A stretch of 64,000 nucleotides of DNA from an uncultured Holophaga sp. GTDB lineage: Bacteria; Acidobacteriota; Holophagae; Holophagales; Holophagaceae. The notes beneath the pieces were generated by a model, which was not told where the DNA came from, did not search any database, and was given only the letters and a program-made list of their open reading frames with translations. Made by a program: the position numbers and the translations under genes. Position 1 is the first letter of the stretch, and the number at the start of each line of letters is the position of its first letter. The DNA is taken from assembly GCA_963664825.1 (NCBI GenBank), contig OY761614.1, positions 2,336,001 to 2,400,000 on the forward strand, in the 5' to 3' direction. Of this stretch, positions 1 through 8,617 are shown in pieces.

Positions 1-1137
1 ACCCAGGCCTTCTTCGACGATCTGGAGGCCGTGGCCATCCCTCAGTCCAGCTTCACCTTCCTGCCCCGGGCCACGGAATACATTCCCCAGATGATTGGGC
101 TCATTGAGCGCCTGGAGGCCAAGGGCCTGGCCTACGCCCGGGAGGGCAGCGTCTACTTCCGCATCGCGGGCCTGCCCCAGTATGGGTGCCTGGCCCATCT
201 GGATCGGGAGGGCATGCAGGTGGGCACTTCCGTGGATGCCGATGAATACGAGCGCGAATCCCTCAGTGATTTCGTGTTGTGGAAGGCCTTCAAGCCCGGC
301 GAACCCTCCTGGGATTCCCCCTGGGGCCCCGGGCGACCGGGCTGGCACATCGAATGCTCGGCCATGGGCATGGAGCTCTTGGGTGAGCGCATCGATATCC
401 ATAGCGGCGGCGTGGACCTGGTCTTTCCCCACCACGAGAACGAGATCGCCCAGAGCGAGGGTGCCACGGGCCACACCTGGGTCAACACCTGGGTCCACGG
501 GGAATTCCTGCTGGTGGAAGGGGAGAAGATGTCCAAGTCCCTGGGGAATTTCTTCACCCTGCGGGATCTGGTGGAGAAGGGCATCGATCCCATCACCTTC
601 CGCTATGCCATCCAGAGCAATCACTACCGCAGGCTCTACAACTTCAGCTTCGAGGGGCTCAAGGGCGCCAAGAACGCCCTCGATCGCCTGCGCACCTTCC
701 GCACGCGCATGGAGGGCAACGGTGAAGCGTCCGGCGGGGGCGAGTGGAAGGAGGCCCTCGATCCCATCCGCCGCATCGCCGAGGCCCGGGAAGATTTCTG
801 GTCGGCCATGTCCGCCGACCTCAATACGCCCGAGGCCCTGGCGGCCATCTTCACCCTGGTGAGCGATCTCAATGCCCAGGATGATCGTGCCGCCCTCACC
901 CGCGAGGAACGGGATGCCGCCCTTCGCTTCCTGGACGAGACCAACGCCATCTTCGCGGGATGGCCCCACCAGGAGGCCAGCCTCGATGGGGACGTCGAGG
1001 CTCTCATCGAAGCCCGCAAGGCTGCCAAGGCCGCCCGGAACTGGGCCGAATCCGACCGGATCCGCGACGAGCTCAAGGCCATGGGCATCCTCCTGGAGGA
1101 CCGCAAGGACGGCAGCGTGGGCTGGAAGAAGGCCTGA
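1..1137 (+). CDS. cysS: cysteine--tRNA ligase (5' end outside window)
   Basis: Frame open from base 1; motifs DFVLWK, GRPGWHIECSAM, GGVDLVFPHHENE and KMSKS. Confidence 0.97.
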   Translation, partial: TQAFFDDLEAVAIPQSSFTFLPRATEYIPQMIGLIERLEAKGLAYAREGSVYFRIAGLPQYGCLAHLDREGMQVGTSVDADEYERESLSDFVLWKAFKPGEPSWDSPWGPGRPGWHIECSAMGMELLGERIDIHSGGVDLVFPHHENEIAQSEGATGHTWVNTWVHGEFLLVEGEKMSKSLGNFFTLRDLVEKGIDPITFRYAIQSNHYRRLYNFSFEGLKGAKNALDRLRTFRTRMEGNGEASGGGEWKEALDPIRRIAEAREDFWSAMSADLNTPEALAAIFTLVSDLNAQDDRAALTREERDAALRFLDETNAIFAGWPHQEASLDGDVEALIEARKAAKAARNWAESDRIRDELKAMGILLEDRKDGSVGWKKA

Positions 1138-1167
1138 TATCCTGGCTTGATTCCCCAGGAGCACAAA

Positions 1168-1578
1168 ATGGTCGAGAACGAAAACCAGAAGAAGAGCAAA
1201 GTCTGGATGTACGTCGGGATCGGTTGCGCCGGTCTATTTCTGATTGTGTTGATTACAATTGTGGTCGGCTTCTTCTGGGTCAGGGCAAAAGTCGAACATG
1301 TCGGTGGCCCCCAGGCCATTGCTACCCAAATGATTTCCATGGGTGGAGGCATGATGGCCCTGCCCGCCCTGCCCGAGACCGAGCGGGAGGACGCCAAGAA
1401 GGTGCTCAATGATCTCCAGGCCAAGGCCAAGGACTTCACGCAAGCCGATGTCAAGGCACTGAGTGAAGCCATGGAGCGCCTCGGTAAGTCCCAAAAGGCG
1501 AACCCGGACCGCAAGCCCAGTGCCGATGATGCCCGCGCCTTTATCGCGGAGTGCAAACGCATCGGGGACGCGCACTGA
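1168..1578 (+). CDS. hypothetical single-pass membrane protein
   Basis: AGGAG RBS before ATG 1168; N-terminal hydrophobic helix followed by a helical domain. Confidence 0.7.
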   Translation: MVENENQKKSKVWMYVGIGCAGLFLIVLITIVVGFFWVRAKVEHVGGPQAIATQMISMGGGMMALPALPETEREDAKKVLNDLQAKAKDFTQADVKALSEAMERLGKSQKANPDRKPSADDARAFIAECKRIGDAH

Positions 1579-1630
1579 GAGCTGAAAACGCGCGGTCCTG
1601 AGGTTCTCACAGGGCTTTCAAACAGCCCTC

Positions 1631-1663
1631 ACGCGGTGTCCGGGCGAAGCCCGGACACCGCGT
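1631..1663. terminator. perfect 15-bp hairpin between convergent genes
   Basis: acgcggtgtccgggc-gaa-gcccggacaccgcgt; no long U-tract. Confidence 0.55.
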
Positions 1664-1666
1664 CTG

Positions 1667-3712
1667 TTAATGCCCCTTGGCTTCCAGTGCCGTTCCCCGC
1701 ATGATTCGCCACCAGCCCAGCCCATAGGCGGTCTGATACCAGGAGAAAAGTGCCTTCGGATTGTCGGGGGGCTCGGCCTGGGGGCCGGAGGTGGGGAACA
1801 CCGTCGCGTGCGAACCCTTGAATTCCATCAGGAAGTCGGGGCCGATGAGGCGATCTGAACCGAGGCCCATGTGATGGCGGGGGCGCAGCAGATCCTCTCC
1901 CAGGCTGGGATAACGGAAGCCTTCGGGAGCACACAGATCGACCAGGGTCGGCGTGATATCCAAGTGCCCACCCGCCGGGTGGGAGGGCCGTGGCACGCCT
2001 GCCAGCACCTGGGGCCCGTGAAGCAGGAAGGGCACGGCGGAGCGCTCGTAGCAGCTGGGTCGTGCGGTCATGGAGCGGCGGGACCAATGGTCTCCCGTGA
2101 GCGCCACGAGGGTGTGGGGCAGTTTCGTCTCGACGGCGCGGATGAAGTTCCCCGCGCAGCGATCGGAGTACCAGAGATGGCCGAGGATCTTGCGGCTAAA
2201 GCCCCCGGCGGGATCAAAGCCCGTCCACGCGGGGATTTCCTTCATCGGGAAACCCTTGCGGTCGATGTCGACCTGGTAGGGCGGATGATTGCTGGTCGTG
2301 AGGATGACATTGAAGCTGGGTGCGTCATCGGTGACCTTGCCAAGGGCAAAGGAAAAGAGGTCCTCGTCGTCGACACCCCAGTCCTTGCCCTTGGGATTGC
2401 CGATGTGGCCACCTCCGAACACCTCGTCGAAGCCCTGAGAGGTGCAGAACTCGCCGATATGCTGCCAGCTCAAGTATCCAGAATAGAACACACGCGTGTG
2501 GTAGCCCAGTCGCTTGAAGATTGCGGCTGGTGAGGAAGAGAAGGGCTTCCGTGCGTTCGGACGGAAGGCCGTATAGACCCCCACGTCCGGTAGTCCTGTG
2601 AGAATGCCTGCCAGTGAGGCCATGGTGCCTGTGCCGATGGGCAGGAAGTCCTTGACCAGGATCCCCTCCGCTCCCAGGGCAGCCACTTGATCGGTGAGGT
2701 GCAAGGGGCGCCAATGCTCCATCAAGGGCCAGGCGTCATAACTCTCCATGATGATCAGGAAGACATGACGGGGAGGCCTCAGGGCGCCCGGGGCCGAATG
2801 CATCAGGTAATCGTCGATCTGGCTTCGACGTCCGATCTCGGGATAGGCCGCTGCCGCCGCGGCCACGAGATCCCCATCTGGAATGAACGCAGAGAGACCA
2901 TTGATGTTCTGCATATCCTTCCAGTTGCTATAGGCCTCGCTGAGGGCGTGGAAGGGGGTGGGGATCCAGGCGCTCAGGCAGGGATCTGCCACGACTGCGG
3001 CATCCCCCATCTGTAAGGGGCGGCTGGTCGCGCGGCCCCGGGCTCCGGTCACCACCAGGAAGGCGATGACTAGGCCCAGCGCCACCCGCAGGGGCAGAGG
3101 CCACCATCCGCGTCCCAGGCGGTCCTCGCCGAGGAGGGGGCGCTTCACGACCTTGAGGAGAAGCCACCCTCCCAGAAGGGTGATTCCAAGGGCGGCACCC
3201 AGATTGAACAGCGGATGATAGCTCGCCCAGATCGTGCCGAGGATGGCCCTCCGATCATCGTAGACCGCGCCGAAGAGGAAATGATTGAACTGGGCGTGGT
3301 ATTCCCGGAAGAAACCCACATCGATCGCCATCACCATGGCCGAAACCGCCAAAAAACACAGGCCAATCCCGGCCCGCAGGCGATCACCGGCTCGGCTCCA
3401 GTCCCGAAGACCGCATGTGATGGACATCAGGAGCGAAAAGATACAGCACTCGGTCACGATCTGCATATCGAAGCGGCCCCCTCGCAGCAGGGCATGTACC
3501 AGATCCCCGAGGCTCGTGGTCGGTCCCCAGGAACTGTGGAAGGCCAGCAGGATGCCGAGGCGCATCAGCCCAAGGAAGGCCACCAGTAGAAGCCAGAGGC
3601 TCAGATCCTTCTGGACCTGGATGAGGAACCGCAGCCATCCCGCGGGAGGCGTCTGTGTGACAGGGCTTCTTAAGGGGAGGCCGCTCTTGTTCTCTCTGAA
3701 AATTTGACTCAT
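1667..3712 (-). CDS. LTA synthase family / membrane sulfatase
   Basis: Several N-terminal TM helices; HVFLIIMES, TTSNHPPY and TGDH motifs. Confidence 0.88.
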   Translation of the reverse strand: MSQIFRENKSGLPLRSPVTQTPPAGWLRFLIQVQKDLSLWLLLVAFLGLMRLGILLAFHSSWGPTTSLGDLVHALLRGGRFDMQIVTECCIFSLLMSITCGLRDWSRAGDRLRAGIGLCFLAVSAMVMAIDVGFFREYHAQFNHFLFGAVYDDRRAILGTIWASYHPLFNLGAALGITLLGGWLLLKVVKRPLLGEDRLGRGWWPLPLRVALGLVIAFLVVTGARGRATSRPLQMGDAAVVADPCLSAWIPTPFHALSEAYSNWKDMQNINGLSAFIPDGDLVAAAAAAYPEIGRRSQIDDYLMHSAPGALRPPRHVFLIIMESYDAWPLMEHWRPLHLTDQVAALGAEGILVKDFLPIGTGTMASLAGILTGLPDVGVYTAFRPNARKPFSSSPAAIFKRLGYHTRVFYSGYLSWQHIGEFCTSQGFDEVFGGGHIGNPKGKDWGVDDEDLFSFALGKVTDDAPSFNVILTTSNHPPYQVDIDRKGFPMKEIPAWTGFDPAGGFSRKILGHLWYSDRCAGNFIRAVETKLPHTLVALTGDHWSRRSMTARPSCYERSAVPFLLHGPQVLAGVPRPSHPAGGHLDITPTLVDLCAPEGFRYPSLGEDLLRPRHHMGLGSDRLIGPDFLMEFKGSHATVFPTSGPQAEPPDNPKALFSWYQTAYGLGWWRIMRGTALEAKGH

Positions 3713-3773
3713 GAATGTGTTTCCATTCTCTCAAACTGGTAGCGGAACGGCTCCGTCCTTCAAAGGTTAACAA

Positions 3774-4850
3774 GTGAATATTCCCGCCGCACCTCATTCG
3801 ATCTGCCTTCTGCGCCTCTCGGCCCTGGGCGACGCCACCCATGCCGTGCCCCTGTTGCGTACGCTGCGCCGCGCTTGGCCCGAGGTTCCCATCACCTGGG
3901 TCCTCGGCAAGGGTGAAGCCAAGCTGCTTGAAGGCCTGGAGGATATTGAATTCATCGTCTTCGACAAGAATGCTGGATGGGCGGGTATCCGGGAGTTCCG
4001 TCACAAACTTGCGGGGCGGCGTTTCGAGGTGCTGCTCCAGATGCAACTCGCCCTTCGCGCCAACCTGCTCTCCAGCTTTATCTCCGCCCAGAGGCGCATT
4101 GGCTACGACCGAGCTCGCAGCAAGGAAGGCCACAGCCTCTTCATCAATGAACGGATCCCCCGTGGTGGGCATCACGTCCTGGATGTCTTTGGGAAATTTT
4201 GCGAACCCCTGGGCCTCAAGCAGGATCAGGTCGAATGGCGACTGCCTGTGCCGGTCCAGGCTCGGGAATGGGCTCAGGAACAGCTCCCCGGCGATCAACC
4301 GACCCTGCTTATCTCTCCGTGCTCCAGTCACGCCCTGCGGAATTGGGCTCCGGAGCGCTACGCTGCTGTTGCCGATCATGCCGCCTCAAGGGGATGGCGC
4401 ATCGCGCTCTGCGGCGGGCGCAGTGCCCTCGAACGGGCCGTTGGTGATGCGATCCTCGCGGCTGCGAAGGCGCCGATGATCGATCTGATCGCCAAGGACA
4501 CCCTGAAACAGCTCTTGGCCCTCCTGGAACGCGCGACGCTGGTGCTATCGCCCGATTCGGGTCCGACCCACATGGCCAATGCCATGGGCGCCAAGGTGCT
4601 GGGACTCTATGCCTGCACGGATCTGGAGCGCTGCGGCCCCTATTCGGATAGGCGCTATTCCATCGGCCACTACGAGGAAGCCGCTCGGCAATTCCTGGGC
4701 AAGTCCGCTCGAGAACTCCCCTGGGGCAAGCGCGTGGAATTCCCCGGCGTCATGGATCTCGTCACCGTGGAGGAGGTGATCGACCGCCTCGAGGCGTTCA
4801 GGGCGGAGCACCCCGACACTAATCTCTGCAACCCAGCATCTCCCTGGTGA
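3774..4850 (+). CDS. glycosyltransferase family 9 (ADP-heptose:LPS heptosyltransferase-like)
   Basis: LRLSALGD and PDSGPTHMANA motifs. Confidence 0.92.
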   Translation: MNIPAAPHSICLLRLSALGDATHAVPLLRTLRRAWPEVPITWVLGKGEAKLLEGLEDIEFIVFDKNAGWAGIREFRHKLAGRRFEVLLQMQLALRANLLSSFISAQRRIGYDRARSKEGHSLFINERIPRGGHHVLDVFGKFCEPLGLKQDQVEWRLPVPVQAREWAQEQLPGDQPTLLISPCSSHALRNWAPERYAAVADHAASRGWRIALCGGRSALERAVGDAILAAAKAPMIDLIAKDTLKQLLALLERATLVLSPDSGPTHMANAMGAKVLGLYACTDLERCGPYSDRRYSIGHYEEAARQFLGKSARELPWGKRVEFPGVMDLVTVEEVIDRLEAFRAEHPDTNLCNPASPW

Positions 4851-5553
4851 CGTCCTCCAACCGTGTCCGGAAACGGTGACAGCTTGGCATATCGATGCGT
4901 TTCGGATCTACGATCCCATCCCGTACCAAGTCCGCTACATCGTCGTATGTTTTATTTTGCTCTTCCAAAATTGCGTTGAGTTGAGACTTGGCGGAATTGG
5001 GGCTGTTGTCGTTTCCGGACAAGTCGGTTTCCAGTCCCTCGCACTGGACATAGGGATCGCGCTTTAAGGCGCAAAGGAGCCAAGCCTCACTCTTGGGCTG
5101 AGCGATCATGGGAACTCCTCTATCAAACCCCTCGGCCGAAAAACCATCCATCATCGAGTGCCATTTTGTATCGAAGAGGTTTCCCCTGGCGGACTGAGAC
5201 TCATCTGTGTCGTGGAACAGCACGGCGCAAACAGGACATTTGGGTCCCTCAAACTTCTTCGCCCTGCGTGCCATGGCGCGGGCATTTTTGAAGAAGTGAG
5301 CCGTTTCGTAGTCGCGTTTCTTGCCTCGGGAGAGTGTCATAGGGAGTTGTCGGCAATCATTCGCCAAGGCGCTTTCTGAGACGAAGTACATCGTTTGGCT
5401 TTCAATCACCGAAAATCCAGCCAGTGGTTCCACCAAGCGATCCACGATCCAGGCCATGGGACCTGGTAGGAAACCCGGTCCCTCGCAGGTGTCGGCATCT
5501 TGGGCGCAGATACCCATGTCCGTGCGACCCTCTCCCGAAACCAGAAAGATCAT
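4819..5553 (-). CDS. TOPRIM-like (DUF4276/RloB-like) partner of the ABC ATPase
   Basis: GEGRTD at the N-terminus, FHDTD (DxD), SEAWLL; 4-nt overlap with the ATPase. Confidence 0.6.
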   Translation of the reverse strand: MIFLVSGEGRTDMGICAQDADTCEGPGFLPGPMAWIVDRLVEPLAGFSVIESQTMYFVSESALANDCRQLPMTLSRGKKRDYETAHFFKNARAMARRAKKFEGPKCPVCAVLFHDTDESQSARGNLFDTKWHSMMDGFSAEGFDRGVPMIAQPKSEAWLLCALKRDPYVQCEGLETDLSGNDNSPNSAKSQLNAILEEQNKTYDDVADLVRDGIVDPKRIDMPSCHRFRTRLEDVTREMLGCRD

Positions 5554-6734
5554 GGACGTCCCGACGCCTTCGTTCCCGAACCCAGACGGGTCACCATCTT
5601 TTCAAGGTCCGTATCCAAGAAGACCTCACCCGGCCCAAGGGCCCGGAGCTTGGAAAGAGTCTCTGGCTGCTCGAAGTAGCGGCAGGCATTTGTTCGCCCC
5701 TCAGGTGTGCGGTAAACGAGGAAGACGGATTTGCATGCCACAGTATCTTCCAGGAAATTGAGGAGCACGGGGCTGTGAGTGGTGACGAGAACCTGTTTGT
5801 GGCTAGAGTCGAGGCCCACCAGGAAATCCATCAATTTTCCGGCCAGGGCCGGGTTGATACCGTTCTCGATCTCGTCGAAGAGCAGAAATCGATGACTGCT
5901 TTCGGACTGAGCGAGGATGGCGAGAATCCTCAGTAAACCGTCGTTCACATGAGAGGCATCCACAGCTAGTCCGCTCCCATAGCGTTCCGTGATGCGCAGG
6001 TTTTTCCAGCCCGCCCGTAGCGTGTGGACCTGCCAGCTTTTTAAACTTGGAGAGAACTCTTGGAGCTTTGTCAGCAATGAATCGCGTTGCTCTGGCCCAA
6101 AGGAGCTCAGGAAGGCCGACAATTTTTCGCCGCCGACTCCAATGTCTTCAGCCTTTTTGGCGCGTCGTCGAAGTGATTGGGGGGAGAGCAACTCCAGGGA
6201 ACGCAGGCTAAGGAGTTGTGTCTTGACCTCGCCAATGCACCAATGGAAGTTGCCTAGCTTTAGGGCCGAAAGCACCGATCCATGATATTCAAAAGGTAGG
6301 GAAGCCAGGATGGTACGCTCTTCGGAAGCGGGGTCATGAAGGAGATCAAGGCGGCCCTCATCAAGTTTTAGGAGAATATTGCCCTCGCAGCTCACTTGCT
6401 CCCAGGTGCACTTGAGTTGGTTAACGTTGAACCGTGCCTTCCATTCAATAACAGGACCGCTGGTGGGGCGGAATCCGAGCGCGAAGACGATCACATGCTT
6501 CTTGACGCCGAGATTGCTAGTCAGCTCGTTTTTCTTCCAGTCTCTCGAGGCTAGCCATTCCTCCACTTTTCCGGTGGCCACATGGGCGATGAAGTCGAAA
6601 GCCTGGAGCACCGTTGATTTACCCGCCCCATTCAATCCGATCAGGCAAGTGAAGGGGCCCAATTCCTGCCCCGCCAAGGGGAGGTCGAAATCCACCAGAG
6701 ACTTGAAGTTCTCGATGTGGAAATACGTGATCAT
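5550..6734 (-). CDS. ABC-type (AAA_15/AAA_21-like) ATPase
   Basis: IENFKS, Walker A GLNGAGKS, signature-like VNDGLLRIL, Walker B/D-loop FDEIENGINP, H-loop TTHSP. Confidence 0.9.
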   Translation of the reverse strand: MITYFHIENFKSLVDFDLPLAGQELGPFTCLIGLNGAGKSTVLQAFDFIAHVATGKVEEWLASRDWKKNELTSNLGVKKHVIVFALGFRPTSGPVIEWKARFNVNQLKCTWEQVSCEGNILLKLDEGRLDLLHDPASEERTILASLPFEYHGSVLSALKLGNFHWCIGEVKTQLLSLRSLELLSPQSLRRRAKKAEDIGVGGEKLSAFLSSFGPEQRDSLLTKLQEFSPSLKSWQVHTLRAGWKNLRITERYGSGLAVDASHVNDGLLRILAILAQSESSHRFLLFDEIENGINPALAGKLMDFLVGLDSSHKQVLVTTHSPVLLNFLEDTVACKSVFLVYRTPEGRTNACRYFEQPETLSKLRALGPGEVFLDTDLEKMVTRLGSGTKASGRP

Positions 6735-6951
6735 GGCCAATTCCAAAGGGGGGATGTTAAGTCTGGGTTGATTGTGGATTAATTGTTTATGAATGGTTCC
6801 ACATGTTCAAAAAGAACAATCGAGTCTAGATATAGGGGGAGTTTAACTTGTGTAGCATGCGTTTTTCTAACACGCGATCGAAAAAAAATTGATTGGAGGG
6901 AATAGGTGTTTTGTGTCACGCATGGAACGACAGGGCTTTAACGTATCTCAA

Positions 6952-6990
6952 TTCACCGATGCGAATTCCTGTCCCCGTCTCCGTGGTGAA
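6952..6990. repeat. partial copy of the periodic hairpin repeat family
   Basis: ctccgtggtg (6979-6988) is identical to the right end of the 18467-18630 element; ends ttcacc...ggtgaa. Confidence 0.45.
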
Positions 6991-7001
6991 CCCTTTTGGC
7001 C

Positions 7002-7403
7002 TCAGCTCTTGGCGCCGTAGTCCTCGTAGGATTTCTCCTCGACGTAGGTGGAACCCAGGGCCAGGTTGATATCCTTCTTGACCCTGGAACGCTCGTCGTT
7101 CTCGAAGTAGACGGCCCGGGCCAGGCGGATGAATTCCGCGCCGAAGGCCTGCTGTTTTTCCTGGGTGCGGATATTGTCCTCGATGGACCAAAGGCGCTCA
7201 TTGACGGCCTTGAGGGCGGTTCGCAGTTCCCGGATGTCCTTTTGTGAGGCGGGATGGGCCGCCCAGGTGGCATTGAGCGCGTCGAGTTCCTTGCCCACAT
7301 TGGCCAGCTTGAGGGCATCGGTCATGCGTTCGGATTTGATTTCCAGGATCGCGATCTTGTCGAGCAGTTCGCCAAAGGAGACAGGTACCAGGATTTCGGA
7401 CAT
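7002..7403 (-). CDS. DUF6165 family protein
   Basis: MSEILVPVSFGELLDKIAILEIKSER; C-terminal EEKSY; GGAG RBS. Confidence 0.85.
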   Translation of the reverse strand: MSEILVPVSFGELLDKIAILEIKSERMTDALKLANVGKELDALNATWAAHPASQKDIRELRTALKAVNERLWSIEDNIRTQEKQQAFGAEFIRLARAVYFENDERSRVKKDINLALGSTYVEEKSYEDYGAKS

Positions 7404-7646
7404 GCGGGACACTCCGTTCATCGATGCGGCAGTTTAGCGCGTTGAGGTGCATTCCCGCGAACTAGACGCGTTATCCGGCCTCACCTGGACAACTCTTCCC
7501 TTCGTCAGGGAGCAGGCGAACCTCTCTCTCATGGCGGAGAAATCGGTGAATACCCGCCATCCGCCGATTCCAAGGGCTCGCTCACCGATCGAGGCCTCGC
7601 CGGGGCGTTTCAGGGCATACCCTGGAGCCCTACCCGGAGGCCGCCC

Positions 7647-8570
7647 ATGCCAGAATCCCTCGATGCCTACCTGGAGGCCCTCAAGATGGCCCTGGCGGGG
7701 TGTGATCGCGCGCTGGTTCAGGACGCCCTCTTCGATGCCCGCCAGCGCATGAACCGCGAACTGGCCAGACTGTCCTGGGAGGAACCCCTGCTGTCGCCGG
7801 GGGAGGCTACGGCTAAGGCCCTCGCCAGTTTGGGCACACCCGAACATTCCGCGGAGACCTACCGTCAGCGGGAGCTGCTGGTGGCCGAGGCCTTGGGCTC
7901 CGCCCCTTCCCTGGTTTCCGAGACCGGGGAAGAGGGGGCGCCCTGGCCCAGTGCCTTCGGCGTCTTCGCCGATCCCAAGGCCTACACCTCCCTGCTCTAC
8001 CTGCTCCTCTCTCTGCCTGCGGGCATCTTCGTCTTCACCTGGGTGGTGACGGGGCTGAGCCTTTCCCTGGGCCTCCTGGTCCTGGTCATCGGATTTCCCC
8101 TCCTGATCTGTTTCCTGGGCTCCTGCCGGGCCCTGGGCCTGGCGGAGGGCCGTCTGGTGGAGGCCCTGCTGGATGTGCGCATGCCCCGCCGTCCGGCGAT
8201 CCTTCCGGAAGGCCGTCGCTGGACCGAGCACTTGGCCAATCTCTTCAAGGATGGCTACACCTGGACGAGCCTGGCCTATCTCCTGCTGCGCCTACCTTTC
8301 GGGGTCCTGTATTTCACGGCCATGGTGACGGCCTTCTCCCTTTCCCTGGCCTTGATGGCCACGCCCTTGATCCGGGTCTTCGGCGCCCACATCGAGGGTG
8401 ACTTCATCCTCTTGTGCACCCAATACGGCCCCGGGAACCTGCCGCCCATGTGGATGCTCCTGGGCCTTGGTGTCTTGGGATTCCTGGGCCTGCTCGGCTC
8501 CATGCACCTGACGTTGGTCCTGGGGCGCATCCAGGGCTGGCTGGCCCGAATGCTCCTGGTGAAGCGTTGA
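7647..8570 (+). CDS. membrane sensor-domain protein with an N-terminal HAAS-like domain
   Basis: YLEALKMAL...LGTPE N-terminus; repeated LLYLLLSLP / LAYLLLRLP TM segments. Confidence 0.75.
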   Translation: MPESLDAYLEALKMALAGCDRALVQDALFDARQRMNRELARLSWEEPLLSPGEATAKALASLGTPEHSAETYRQRELLVAEALGSAPSLVSETGEEGAPWPSAFGVFADPKAYTSLLYLLLSLPAGIFVFTWVVTGLSLSLGLLVLVIGFPLLICFLGSCRALGLAEGRLVEALLDVRMPRRPAILPEGRRWTEHLANLFKDGYTWTSLAYLLLRLPFGVLYFTAMVTAFSLSLALMATPLIRVFGAHIEGDFILLCTQYGPGNLPPMWMLLGLGVLGFLGLLGSMHLTLVLGRIQGWLARMLLVKR

Positions 8571-8617
8571 ACTCTCCCACGCTTCCCCGAAAGGCCATTG
8601 GAGTCTAGGCTCAGTAC

